Assembly (NCBI GenBank): GCA_027451365.1
Contig: DAIDJN010000011.1
Location: forward strand, 10,048-74,047
DNA: 64,000 nucleotides
Direction of reading: 5' to 3'
From: Phycisphaerales bacterium
GTDB lineage: Bacteria; Planctomycetota; Phycisphaerae; WQYP01
Shown here: positions 30,058 to 39,847 of the stretch, piece by piece
Layout of the letters: every line of letters starts with the position of its first letter
Position numbering within the stretch: the stretch's first letter is position 1
Notes under the pieces: generated by a model
What the model was told of the DNA's origin: nothing
Seen by the model: the letters and a program-made list of their open reading frames with translations, nothing else
Database searches by the model: none
Position numbers and translations under genes: made by a program

Positions 30058-32193
30058 ATGACAGCTTATGCACCAGGTATTGCCGCAAGCCGCTCGCCTG
30101 CAGGGGTGAAACCCGCCGCGGATAGCGCCCGCTTTTTCAATCGCGACTTAAGCTGGCTGGATTTTAACTTTCGCGTTCTCCATGAGGCGACAAACCCGCG
30201 CAATCCACTCCTGGAACGGGTGAAATTTCTGGGTATTTTCGCCAGCAATACCGACGAATTTTTCATGAAACGGATCGGCGTTCTTAAGCAGATTGCCGCC
30301 GCAAAACCCCTGGATGTCAGCCCGGACGGATTCACACATATCCAGCAGCTTTCGCTGGTGCGCCAAAAGCTTTCGCAACTCGCCGACATGCAACGCCAGA
30401 TATGGGAAGACCAGCTTAAACCGGAAATGGAAAAGGCCAACCTTCGCTTGTGCACCTACGAGCAGTTGAACGCCAAGCAACAGCAGTTCGCGGCCGATTA
30501 TTTCCGGCAAATCGTATTCCCCGTTTTAACCCCCCTGGCGGTGGACCCCGGCCATCCGTTTCCATTTATCAGCAATTTAAGCGTGTCGATCGGCGTATTG
30601 CTTAAACAGCCAGGCCAGCCCGAGTCGCTTTTTGCACGGGTGAAAATGCCGCGGCTGTTTCCACGGTGGTTCCGAATTGCACAGGAAGATGGCACCATTC
30701 TGGTGTCCCTTGAAAGCCTGATACAGGGTCAGTTGGCAATGCTTTTTCCCGGCATGGAAATTGTCGAAACCAACTGCTTCCGAGTGACGCGCAACGCCGA
30801 GGTCGAAGCCGATGTGGACGATTCAGATGACCTTCTGGAAGTGGTGCAGGAAGAACTTCGAGCCCGGCGTTTTGCGGAAACAGTGCGTGTCCAGATAGCC
30901 CGCGGCATGTCCGACGAAATGCGCCGCTATCTGCTGGACGGCCTGGAAATTCATTTCGACGACCTGTACGAAGAACCCGAACCGCTGGGAATGGCCGATG
31001 TCATGGCATTGGCCGCTTTGGAAGGTCCGCTGTTGCGGCTGCCCCCGTGGAAACCAATCTGTTCGCCGGCCATGGCGGATGTGGACGCCAGTGTGTTTGC
31101 TATTATTCGACAAAGCGATGTGCTGGTTCACCATCCATATGAAAGCTTCGACAGTTCGGTGGAGCGGTTTATTCTTTCGGCGGTGCGTGACCCGCAGGTA
31201 CTTGCCATTAAGATGACGTTGTACCGCACCAGCGGTGATTCCCCATTCGTGGCGGCTCTGGCCCGCGCAGCGGAATCCGGCAAGCAGGTGGCCGTCCTGG
31301 TGGAACTTAAAGCCCGATTTGATGAGGCCAGCAACATTCAATGGGCACAGGCCCTGGAAAATGCCGGTGCCCATGTGGTGTATGGCATTTTAGGGCTCAA
31401 AACGCATACGAAAATCGCGCTGGTTGTGCGTCAGGAAGACAACGTCGTGCGATCCTATTGCCACATCTCCACAGGAAATTACAATTCGCGAACCGCCCAG
31501 TTGTATACAGACCTGGGCCTTTTCACCTGTCGCGAAGATATCTGTCAGGATGTGGTAGACCTGTTCGCGTTCCTCACCGGCCGCTCACTCAAAAACGACT
31601 ACCGGAAACTTCTGGTTGCACCGGTCCAGATGCGCAACCGGTTTCGCGAAATGATTCAGCGTGAAATCCGTCACGCCGTCGCTGGCCGGCCGGCCCGCCT
31701 GGTAGCGAAAATGAATGCCCTGGAAGACAACGAAATTATCGAAATGCTGTACAAAGCCAGCGCTGCGGGGGTGCAGATAGATCTGATTGTCCGCGGGTTC
31801 TGCTGCCTGCGTGCCGGAGTCCCAGGCCTTAGTGAAAATATTCGGGTCATGAGCGTCATCGGCCGCTTCCTGGAACATTCACGTGTGTTCTGGTTCCACA
31901 ATAACGGTCAGGATGAGTTTTACATGGGATCGGGCGACTGGATGAGCCGCAATTTGAGCCATCGCGTCGAAGCCGCCGTTCCGGTTGAAAGTCCGGTCTT
32001 GCAAACAAAGGTCCGCGAAGTTCTGGAAATTCTTCTGGCTGACAACCTTCAGGCATGGGACCTTCAACCGGATGGACAATGGATTCAGAGGCATCCAGTT
32101 CCGCCGCAGGAACCACGTCCCGCGCAAAACCGCCTCATGGAACTGGCAATTCAACGCCAACACCTGATGATTCCGGCCAACCCAGCCAAATAA
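30058..32193 (+). CDS. ppk1: Polyphosphate kinase 1
   Basis: FNRDLSWLDFN.RVL, HPFPFISN, HHPYESF, ELKARFDE, LKTHTK, GRFLEHSR. Confidence 0.96.
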   Translation: MTAYAPGIAASRSPAGVKPAADSARFFNRDLSWLDFNFRVLHEATNPRNPLLERVKFLGIFASNTDEFFMKRIGVLKQIAAAKPLDVSPDGFTHIQQLSLVRQKLSQLADMQRQIWEDQLKPEMEKANLRLCTYEQLNAKQQQFAADYFRQIVFPVLTPLAVDPGHPFPFISNLSVSIGVLLKQPGQPESLFARVKMPRLFPRWFRIAQEDGTILVSLESLIQGQLAMLFPGMEIVETNCFRVTRNAEVEADVDDSDDLLEVVQEELRARRFAETVRVQIARGMSDEMRRYLLDGLEIHFDDLYEEPEPLGMADVMALAALEGPLLRLPPWKPICSPAMADVDASVFAIIRQSDVLVHHPYESFDSSVERFILSAVRDPQVLAIKMTLYRTSGDSPFVAALARAAESGKQVAVLVELKARFDEASNIQWAQALENAGAHVVYGILGLKTHTKIALVVRQEDNVVRSYCHISTGNYNSRTAQLYTDLGLFTCREDICQDVVDLFAFLTGRSLKNDYRKLLVAPVQMRNRFREMIQREIRHAVAGRPARLVAKMNALEDNEIIEMLYKASAAGVQIDLIVRGFCCLRAGVPGLSENIRVMSVIGRFLEHSRVFWFHNNGQDEFYMGSGDWMSRNLSHRVEAAVPVESPVLQTKVREVLEILLADNLQAWDLQPDGQWIQRHPVPPQEPRPAQNRLMELAIQRQHLMIPANPAK

Positions 32194-32296
32194 TAGCGCT
32201 TTGCGAACTTTTCTCCGGCGCCGCACCGGGTAGACAAGGTCTTGGAACCGTTTGCTTTTTTTTATGCCAACGACTAGCTTGGCCTCCGGTGCTTTT

Positions 32297-33559
32297 ATGA
32301 GGGAAACAATTCCCATCTACACTCCAGCCGCCCTAAAACCCAGAAAGGGACCATCCACGGCCGCAAAAAGCGCCATTGATAGTCTTGTAAGTATCGACTG
32401 GCAAGAGATTTACGATAAGTCAACCGCTTGGCGGCATCAGCTCCATCAAATTCCCGAACTAGGCTATCAAGAAAAGCTTACCAGTGACGCAATCGCCGGG
32501 GTTCTTAAACAACTCCGCATTCCTTATAAACGCGGATTTGGCGGGGGAACAGGCATTCTGGCACAGATTGATGGCCGTGGCGACCGGTGCATCGCATTGC
32601 GTGCGGATATGGATGCACTGCCTGTCACAGAGTTAACAGGCCGGGAATGGCAAAGCCGCCATCCAGGCATGATGCACGCCTGCGGCCATGACGGCCACAT
32701 GGCGATCGCCCTGGGGGCGGCCACAGCTTTAATGCACATTCGCAAACAGCTTCAAGGAAAGGTTAAAATTCTTTTCCAACCTGCGGAAGAGGGGCTGAAT
32801 GGCGCTGAACGCATGTGCCGCGACGGCGTGCTGGAAAACCCCGACGTAGATGCCATTTTTGGTCTGCACGGCTGGCCGGGCCTGCCCGTGGGAACCATCG
32901 GTTACCGGCCGGGAGTATTTCTGGCGGCGGTCGATTCATTAGTTATAGAGATTCACGGCAAAGGCACCCACGCCGCATCGCCGCATCATGGTGCCGACCC
33001 GATTGCCTGCGGCGCGGCGCTAGTGCAGGCGCTTGCCGGGCTTTTGGCCAGCAACATTGACCCAATCGATACAGTCGTGCTGACCATTGGTACGTTCAAT
33101 GCCGGGCGGGCCAGCAATGTGGTACCGGAATCGGCAACACTTAGCGGCACTTTGCGGACTCTGGCACCCGCGACGCGAAGCCAGGCCGTCAGACTTATTC
33201 AGCACACCTGCCACACCGTCGCAGCCACCCACCGCTGTAAAGCGACTTGTCGCTTCACTTCGGCCACCCCCACCACTGTCAATCCTGCGTCCGAGGCTGA
33301 TTTTCTCAGGAAAACGGCCAGTGCACTTCTGAGTGCAGAGAAAGTAGTGGAATTCCACCAGCCATTTTTATGGAGCGAAGATTTTGCCTATTATTTAAAA
33401 CGTGTCCCCGGCTGCTTTTTTGTCCTTGGCGTACGGCCGCCCGGTAAGCGAGAATATCCCATGCTGCATAACCCGCTTTACGATTTCCCGGATGCTGCGC
33501 TGCCGGCGGGCATCCGTTTGATGGCTGAGTTAGCGTATTCCCGCCTGGCTCGGCCGTAA
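32297..33559 (+). CDS. M20D family amidohydrolase
   Basis: LH..PELGYQE, LRADMDALP, MHACGHDGH, FQPAEEG, SEDFAYY. Confidence 0.93.
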   Translation: MRETIPIYTPAALKPRKGPSTAAKSAIDSLVSIDWQEIYDKSTAWRHQLHQIPELGYQEKLTSDAIAGVLKQLRIPYKRGFGGGTGILAQIDGRGDRCIALRADMDALPVTELTGREWQSRHPGMMHACGHDGHMAIALGAATALMHIRKQLQGKVKILFQPAEEGLNGAERMCRDGVLENPDVDAIFGLHGWPGLPVGTIGYRPGVFLAAVDSLVIEIHGKGTHAASPHHGADPIACGAALVQALAGLLASNIDPIDTVVLTIGTFNAGRASNVVPESATLSGTLRTLAPATRSQAVRLIQHTCHTVAATHRCKATCRFTSATPTTVNPASEADFLRKTASALLSAEKVVEFHQPFLWSEDFAYYLKRVPGCFFVLGVRPPGKREYPMLHNPLYDFPDAALPAGIRLMAELAYSRLARP

Positions 33560-33702
33560 TCAGATAGGTGCGCCCCGAACCAATTAGTGTGTGGCACAAC
33601 ATTTTTTTCACCTGCAGACCGCCAATTGCCAGATAACCTGAACGATCTGCTATACTGGAGACATTCAGTATTGCGGCCACCGACCGCCGGCAAGAGTCGA
33701 TT

Positions 33703-36249
33703 ATGGATGACGTAACCATCATGAACAGTGCGGAAATTGAAGCGATTCTGGCTGGCCTGACCAAACCGCAGCGCCAGGCCGTGGAACATATTGATGGCCC
33801 CCTGCTGGTGCTGGCGGGCGCCGGATCGGGAAAAACCCGGACAATTACCAGGCGAATGGCCTTTCTGGCGGCACAAGGTATTCCACCCAGGAATATTTTG
33901 GCTGTTACGTTTACGAATAAGGCGGCTGGTGAAATGCGCGGTCGCACTGTGGATTTGCTTAAATTTCTTCCGCCGCGGACAGCTCAAGGCATTACCGTAT
34001 CGACATTTCACAGCCTGTGCGTGAAGTTGCTCAGGCAATTTGCCCCGGTGTTGGGCATGCCTTCGGCATTCAGTATTCTGGACAGTTCAGACCAGTTGAA
34101 ACTGGTGAAACAGGCCTTGGAGAAAGCGGGCATATCCCCAGACAACTTTACCCCCGCCCGCGTACTTGACCAAATAAGCGGTGCCAAAAGCCGCCTCCAG
34201 ACTCCCGACGCCTTTGCCGAACATGCCAGTGGGTTTTACAACACCAATGTGGCCAAGGCTTACCGCAGCTATGAAGCCCTGTTGCGCGAAAATAAAGCCA
34301 TGGACTTTGACGATCTATTGCTTAAAACCGCCTTTCTGCTTCGCGACCACCGCGACGTGCTTGAACAGCTTCAGGACCGGTACCAGTACATTCTCATTGA
34401 CGAATATCAGGACACCAATCATGCACAGTTTCTGATCGTTAAAATGTTGGCCGCGCGACATCAGAATATTTGTGCTACCGGCGATCCGGACCAGTCCATT
34501 TATGCATGGCGCGGTGCCAACATGTCCAACATTCTGGAATTTGAAAAGCATTTTCCCAACGCCCGGGTGGTGTTGTTGGAACAGAATTACCGCAGCACAA
34601 AAACCATTCTAAAGGCCGCTTCCGGCCTGATATCCCACAACCGCGTGCGTAAACAGAAAGAACTGTGGACGGAAAATCCGATCGGTGGAAAAATTGTTTC
34701 AATAGTCGCCGCGGACGAATATCAGGAGTCGCAGGAAATTGTCCGTCGCCTGCGGTCACTGCATGAACATGAGAACGTCGGGTGGGAAAAAATGGCGATT
34801 TTTTATCGCGTGAATTCACTCTCCCGCGTACTTGAGGACGCCCTGATGAAATCCGGCGTGCCGTATCAGATTGTACGCGGGACGGAATTTTACGCCCGGC
34901 GCGAAGTGAAAGATGTCCTGGCTTATCTGAAACTGGTTATGAATCCGGGTGATTCTGTCAGCTTTGAACGCGTGATCAACGTTCCCGCCCGCGGAATCGG
35001 GGATACGAGTGTCTCGCGCATTGGCATGTTTGCCGTGGAAAACGGCATCAGTCATTTAGTCGCCGCAGCGCGTGCCGCGGAAATTCCCGGCCTTAGCAGG
35101 AAAGTTGTTGACGGCGCCAGCCGTTTCGCCCGCCTAATTCAGGCCATGCACGCGAGAATTGAGCCAACGCTGCGGGCCTCTGCAACTCCGGAAAATGATG
35201 CGATTGATCCGGCCGACGAATCGGCGAACGTCCAGGCCGATTCAGCAGTTGACTTTAACCCACCGGCGGACACTTTCACCGCTGACTTTGCCCCCCCGCC
35301 ACAAGGGGAATCAGCCGACAATGCTTTTTTTCCAGGTCCGACGCCAATCGGCCCGGATTTTCAGCCGCAGGATTTCCAGGAATCCTCGAAGGTGTCGCCG
35401 GTTCTAATACCGGTAGCCGCCATTATGGAAGAGCTGATTCGCGGCGCGGGTTTTCTAGACCTTAAAACGGCCGATGAAGAATCGCTGCAACGCGCGTCAA
35501 ATATTCAGGAATTGATAAACATTGCCGCCGAGTTCGACCGGCAGAACCCGGGCGGCACACTGCTGGATTATCTGACCCAGGTGACGCTGGTTTCGGACAC
35601 GGACCGTATGAAGTCGGATCGCGGTGCCGTTACCATGATGACACTTCACGCCGCCAAAGGTCTGGAATTTCCGGTGGTGGTCATGGCGGGGCTTGAAGAG
35701 GGTATTCTTCCCCATGAACGGGCCATTGGGTATCAGGCTAAAGAAGATGATATTGAAGAAGAACGCCGACTGGCATTTGTGGGAATTACCCGCGCCATGG
35801 AACGGCTTATCATCAGCTATGCAGCGTGGCGAATGGTCATGGGACGTTCGGAATCCCGTCTGCGATCCCGATTCATTTCCGAGTTGCCCGAAGAGTGCAT
35901 GGAGGAAGTTGACCTTAGCCGGCAGCTTCCGTCCGCTGGATCTGTTGGCTTTCGGGATAATTCCCCGCGTCATGTCCGGCCGGGAAATCGAGCCTCGGCC
36001 GCTGTTGCCAATCACAGTCATTCCGCGGCGGTCGGCACACCGGCGGTGGCGGCAGGTTCGGCGGAGTCAGCTGCGGCCGGTTCAGATTTTCGCGAGGGCC
36101 AGCTGGTGCGACACCCCAATTTCGGCTTGGGCCGCATTGCGGAAATTGGCGATGATCCGGCCCAAACACGGGCCGTGGTGGAATTTCAATCCGCAGGCCG
36201 CAAAACGCTGATCCTTCAATTCGCCAAATTGCAGCGCGTCGACGGGTAG
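33703..36249 (+). CDS. pcrA: UvrD/PcrA ATP-dependent DNA helicase
   Basis: AGAGSGKT, DEYQDTN, GDPDQSIYAWRGA, LEQNYRST, TLHAAKGLEF, EERRLAFVGITRA, C-terminal Tudor-like VRHP.FG.G. Confidence 0.95.
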   Translation: MDDVTIMNSAEIEAILAGLTKPQRQAVEHIDGPLLVLAGAGSGKTRTITRRMAFLAAQGIPPRNILAVTFTNKAAGEMRGRTVDLLKFLPPRTAQGITVSTFHSLCVKLLRQFAPVLGMPSAFSILDSSDQLKLVKQALEKAGISPDNFTPARVLDQISGAKSRLQTPDAFAEHASGFYNTNVAKAYRSYEALLRENKAMDFDDLLLKTAFLLRDHRDVLEQLQDRYQYILIDEYQDTNHAQFLIVKMLAARHQNICATGDPDQSIYAWRGANMSNILEFEKHFPNARVVLLEQNYRSTKTILKAASGLISHNRVRKQKELWTENPIGGKIVSIVAADEYQESQEIVRRLRSLHEHENVGWEKMAIFYRVNSLSRVLEDALMKSGVPYQIVRGTEFYARREVKDVLAYLKLVMNPGDSVSFERVINVPARGIGDTSVSRIGMFAVENGISHLVAAARAAEIPGLSRKVVDGASRFARLIQAMHARIEPTLRASATPENDAIDPADESANVQADSAVDFNPPADTFTADFAPPPQGESADNAFFPGPTPIGPDFQPQDFQESSKVSPVLIPVAAIMEELIRGAGFLDLKTADEESLQRASNIQELINIAAEFDRQNPGGTLLDYLTQVTLVSDTDRMKSDRGAVTMMTLHAAKGLEFPVVVMAGLEEGILPHERAIGYQAKEDDIEEERRLAFVGITRAMERLIISYAAWRMVMGRSESRLRSRFISELPEECMEEVDLSRQLPSAGSVGFRDNSPRHVRPGNRASAAVANHSHSAAVGTPAVAAGSAESAAAGSDFREGQLVRHPNFGLGRIAEIGDDPAQTRAVVEFQSAGRKTLILQFAKLQRVDG

Positions 36250-36269
36250 GCGCTTTGCATCAACCCAGA

Positions 36270-36427
36270 TGCGCAGAATCTTCTCTTGATCCCATATCAT
36301 CTCCGGAATTCTCGAATCAATTCGCCGTTGACCGCGGACCAATAGACCACGGCGTTTTTGCTCGTGTCGAGCCGGTTTGGAACACCCGATAATCGTTTAA
36401 GGGGTTCCCCGCCTTAAAGTTCACGCA
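36270..36427 (-). ncRNA. Candidate structured non-coding RNA (long imperfect rod; 6S-like size)
   Basis: Nested helices found by eye with several G-U pairs on the minus strand; TTGACA and AT-rich tract upstream (36440-36480); no credible ORF. Confidence 0.3.
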
Positions 36428-36829
36428 GTTTCATTTGTAACGATATATAAACATAACTATATCATAAGATGCCGTGTCAAACGACTCGCCGATAAAAATA
36501 GCTGGTGCGGGTGGGCATCCGCTGAATCGGCCCTTCTAAAACGGCCAAACAGCTCGATTCGCATCATCCGTCAAGTGTCTGACCGATTCGTGCGGAAGAC
36601 CGAAGTAAGATGGATAGGTCGGAATGGCGTTTTTTTTTATCACTTTGAAATTTGACCTACGGTGCACAGCGGTACCATCACGATCGGAACCGAACCCGAA
36701 TCGTTTGCGAACAACGCGCGCTTGCGAATAGTCAACCGTGCTTTCGATTTAGGCCGGTTCAATGCAAGGGTGATTCCCGCGTTGCCAATTTACCAATCGG
36801 CGGGGCAATAAACTTCGACATGCGCGTAT

Positions 36830-37552
36830 TCATGCCAGCGGCTGCCTGCGGCCGTAAGTTTGTTCGGCGCTGCCCCGGGCCGGCTTAAGAAAGCGCACTG
36901 CGTTGATGATAATCTGTTGAATTTCCTTCTGATGGTAGGTTGGATATGTTTCATGGCCGGGTCGAAAATAAAATATGCGGCCCGCGCCACGTCGATAGAC
37001 CAATCCGCTGCGGAATACTTCTCCACCGGTAAAAGAACTGATCAGAACAGTTTCATCAGGTTCGGGAACATCGAAATGTTCGCCGTACATTTCCTCTCGC
37101 GGAATGATGATATGGTCGCTTAAGCCGGCAAGAATCGGATGCCCCGGAGCGGTAAACCATAAAATTTCGCGGTCGTTGGCTTCGCGCCATTTCAGGCTGC
37201 AGGATGTGCCCATCAATAAGTTAAATATCTTGGAATAATGCGCGGAATGAAGCACCAGCAACCCCATGCCCGCAAGGACCCGCTTGTGAACTTTGGCGAC
37301 AATATCGTCCCGCACCTCATGATGCGCCTTATGCCCCCACCAGGTTAGAACATCCGTGCAGGCCAGCACTTCATCCGTCAGACCGTGATCCGGCTCGTCC
37401 TGTGTGGCTGTTCTAACCTGCATATCGCCTGCGGCGGACAGGGCCGCGGCCAGCACCGCGTGCATGCCATCAGGATAAATGGAGCGTACCTCGTCGCTGG
37501 TTTTTTCATGCCGGTATTCATGCCATATGGTGACGCGAATTTTTTCAGCCAT
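36830..37552 (-). CDS. thuA: ThuA-like (trehalose utilisation) domain protein
   Basis: IRVTIWHE.RHE, IYPDGMH, WWGH.AH, GL.VLHSAH.SK, EEMYGE.FD.P, YFRPGHETYPTY. Confidence 0.9.
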   Translation of the reverse strand: MAEKIRVTIWHEYRHEKTSDEVRSIYPDGMHAVLAAALSAAGDMQVRTATQDEPDHGLTDEVLACTDVLTWWGHKAHHEVRDDIVAKVHKRVLAGMGLLVLHSAHYSKIFNLLMGTSCSLKWREANDREILWFTAPGHPILAGLSDHIIIPREEMYGEHFDVPEPDETVLISSFTGGEVFRSGLVYRRGAGRIFYFRPGHETYPTYHQKEIQQIIINAVRFLKPARGSAEQTYGRRQPLA

Positions 37553-37900
37553 GGTACATTCCTGTTTATGACACATCCATTAAAAATCTAAAAGCTCAAC
37601 AAAACAGTATCTGCTTGCGTCCGAATGCACAACTGCCAAAAATAGTGATCGACAAGAGAAAACCCCATTTCCGACGCAATAAGGCCATTATTATTATTGA
37701 TTTGCGGCGTTGTCTGCCAACCCTAGGCCGAACCCGTAAATACAGTTTAATGCTTAAGTTGCGAATATATCAAACGTAAACGCAAAAAAAATAAAACAGG
37801 TAGTACCTCTAATCACTGTAACCGCGATATAATACTTAGAGGTTCAAAGTTGGTCCGAAAACCATGTGAGCCGCCTGGTACGAACAGTGTGAGGTGCTTT

Positions 37901-39712
37901 ATGACCAGATTCTCCAAAATATCCGCCAACATACTTCCCCGGCCAAGACTTGGCCACGAGCGGTTTCTGGCTTTGGCAGCCTTTGCCATTGGCGCAGCGA
38001 TCGCGATTGCCCCGGTAACCGCACAGGTACAGGTTCAACAGGGACAGGCACTGGATGCCAGTAACCAAGTCGGTTCCGGCGGAAGTAACAATCCCGTTCC
38101 CGGCTATTACCCGCAGAATGCCAATAGTTATGGTGTGATTAATTCCGGCGGCGCCAGACTGAACTATCAGGTTGTTCCGGTTCCTCTGCCCGGCGGAGGA
38201 ACAAGCTACGCACGGATTCCGCAGATCAGCCAGTCACCTTTTGTAAATGCGTCGGTTTCTCCGGGCCAGGCGGAGCTTTCGCGGGTGAACGCCGTGAGTG
38301 CCGGGGTATCGAGTTTCAGCGCCCAACAACTAGTCAATGGTCAATCCAGTTTTATTGCGGGAAACACTTTGGGACAAAATGCACTGGGCGTTTCGCCTAA
38401 CGGCAATAGTCCGGATTATCTTAATAATGCGCTTAACAGCGCGCTAACCAGCCCCCCCACAAATCTGCCGTATGGAAATCTTGGCTCCGCGCTGCCACCT
38501 GGAAGCCTTTACAACTATAACCCCGGCACGGCGAGCAATGGACTGGTCACCGGTGGCGATTCGCAAGTCAGTTCACTTTTTGGCCTGCGGCAGGTGCACG
38601 TACAGGAAGCCGTTAACCAGAATGATCTGGGCATTCGCAAGGACGGAACCTATGGCCGCCTGAATAACAAGGTGAAATCCGATTTAAACAGTGCGGATAA
38701 CAGTGTCAACAAGCCGCCGCGACCGACGGATTTTATTGTGAACAGCAAAGTATCATCCGCGCCGCTGGGTGATAAAATTAACGCGGGGGGCAGTGCCTCG
38801 CCCGTTGGCCAGGCGCTGAATTCGTTAAGCGGCTCCCAAGTTGCACCGGGCAGCCGGCCCGCCGGAGACCTTTATCAGCAACTGCTTGCGGAACTTTCCA
38901 GCGGGCATAAAAAGCTCATAACCGCTCCGGGGCTTGGTGGAAAATCGGCCATGACACTTACCACTCTGGCTCCGCGGAATACTCAACAGGAACAAATGCT
39001 GACGGTGGACCCCATTACCGGGTTGCCGATTGCGCCGCTGACTGCCCGCCGCGTGCGTAACGGAATTGCCAGTGGCCCGGCCCCAAAAACCGGCGGCAAG
39101 ACTCCCGCGTATATTACGCCTGGCACAGGCACGCTTCTGCACGAAGAAAACAAATTGATTCCCAAACATCTGGTGCGCGTCCTGCAGGCCGGACAGAAGG
39201 TGCACATTCTTAATTCACTGGTGGGTCAGGCACCTGGCGCGTTTAATCAGGAAATGGCCCGCGGCCAGGCTGCAATGGAAAAGGGAAAATTCATCCGCGC
39301 CATGGATGCCTATCAGGGCGCCATGATGCTTAACCAGACCAATCCGCTTCCCATTGTGGGACGCGCCCACGCGGAACTTGCCGCCGGCCTGTACGATACC
39401 GCCGCGTACGATCTTAAATTCGTATTCCGTCGGCATCCGGAACTTACTGCGGTTCGTTACAACCTTAAAAAGCTTCTGCCGGCCATTACCATCACCGCCG
39501 TCAACAAAGACCTGGCGGGTTTGCTTAAGGAAAAAAGCAAAACCGGCGCATTCCTTTCCGCGTACATGGCGTACCAGACGGGCAACCGTGCTAAACTTGG
39601 AAAGATACTGGCCGAATGGGCCAAATGGCGCAATGGCGGCATGTGGCCCGCAGTGCTCAGCCAGGCCTGGCTGCACCACGCCAAAACAACACGGCATGGA
39701 GCCAAACAGTGA
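37901..39712 (+). CDS. Secreted hypothetical protein with low-complexity N-terminal half and C-terminal TPR-like helices
   Basis: GAGG RBS; signal peptide; ALDASNQVGSGG.N motif; GQAAMEKGKFIRAMDAY TPR-like segment. Confidence 0.75.
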   Translation: MTRFSKISANILPRPRLGHERFLALAAFAIGAAIAIAPVTAQVQVQQGQALDASNQVGSGGSNNPVPGYYPQNANSYGVINSGGARLNYQVVPVPLPGGGTSYARIPQISQSPFVNASVSPGQAELSRVNAVSAGVSSFSAQQLVNGQSSFIAGNTLGQNALGVSPNGNSPDYLNNALNSALTSPPTNLPYGNLGSALPPGSLYNYNPGTASNGLVTGGDSQVSSLFGLRQVHVQEAVNQNDLGIRKDGTYGRLNNKVKSDLNSADNSVNKPPRPTDFIVNSKVSSAPLGDKINAGGSASPVGQALNSLSGSQVAPGSRPAGDLYQQLLAELSSGHKKLITAPGLGGKSAMTLTTLAPRNTQQEQMLTVDPITGLPIAPLTARRVRNGIASGPAPKTGGKTPAYITPGTGTLLHEENKLIPKHLVRVLQAGQKVHILNSLVGQAPGAFNQEMARGQAAMEKGKFIRAMDAYQGAMMLNQTNPLPIVGRAHAELAAGLYDTAAYDLKFVFRRHPELTAVRYNLKKLLPAITITAVNKDLAGLLKEKSKTGAFLSAYMAYQTGNRAKLGKILAEWAKWRNGGMWPAVLSQAWLHHAKTTRHGAKQ

Positions 39713-39847
39713 AGTACCGACCAACACCCTTTTTTCGGAGGGGCATCAAAGCCCGGCTGAATCCGGGGCGGCGGACTGTGGCGCGATTCTATTTGTTGTT
39801 CACGACTGTGTGCCAGTCGGACTTTTCCATTGTTTGCGAGCCTTAAT

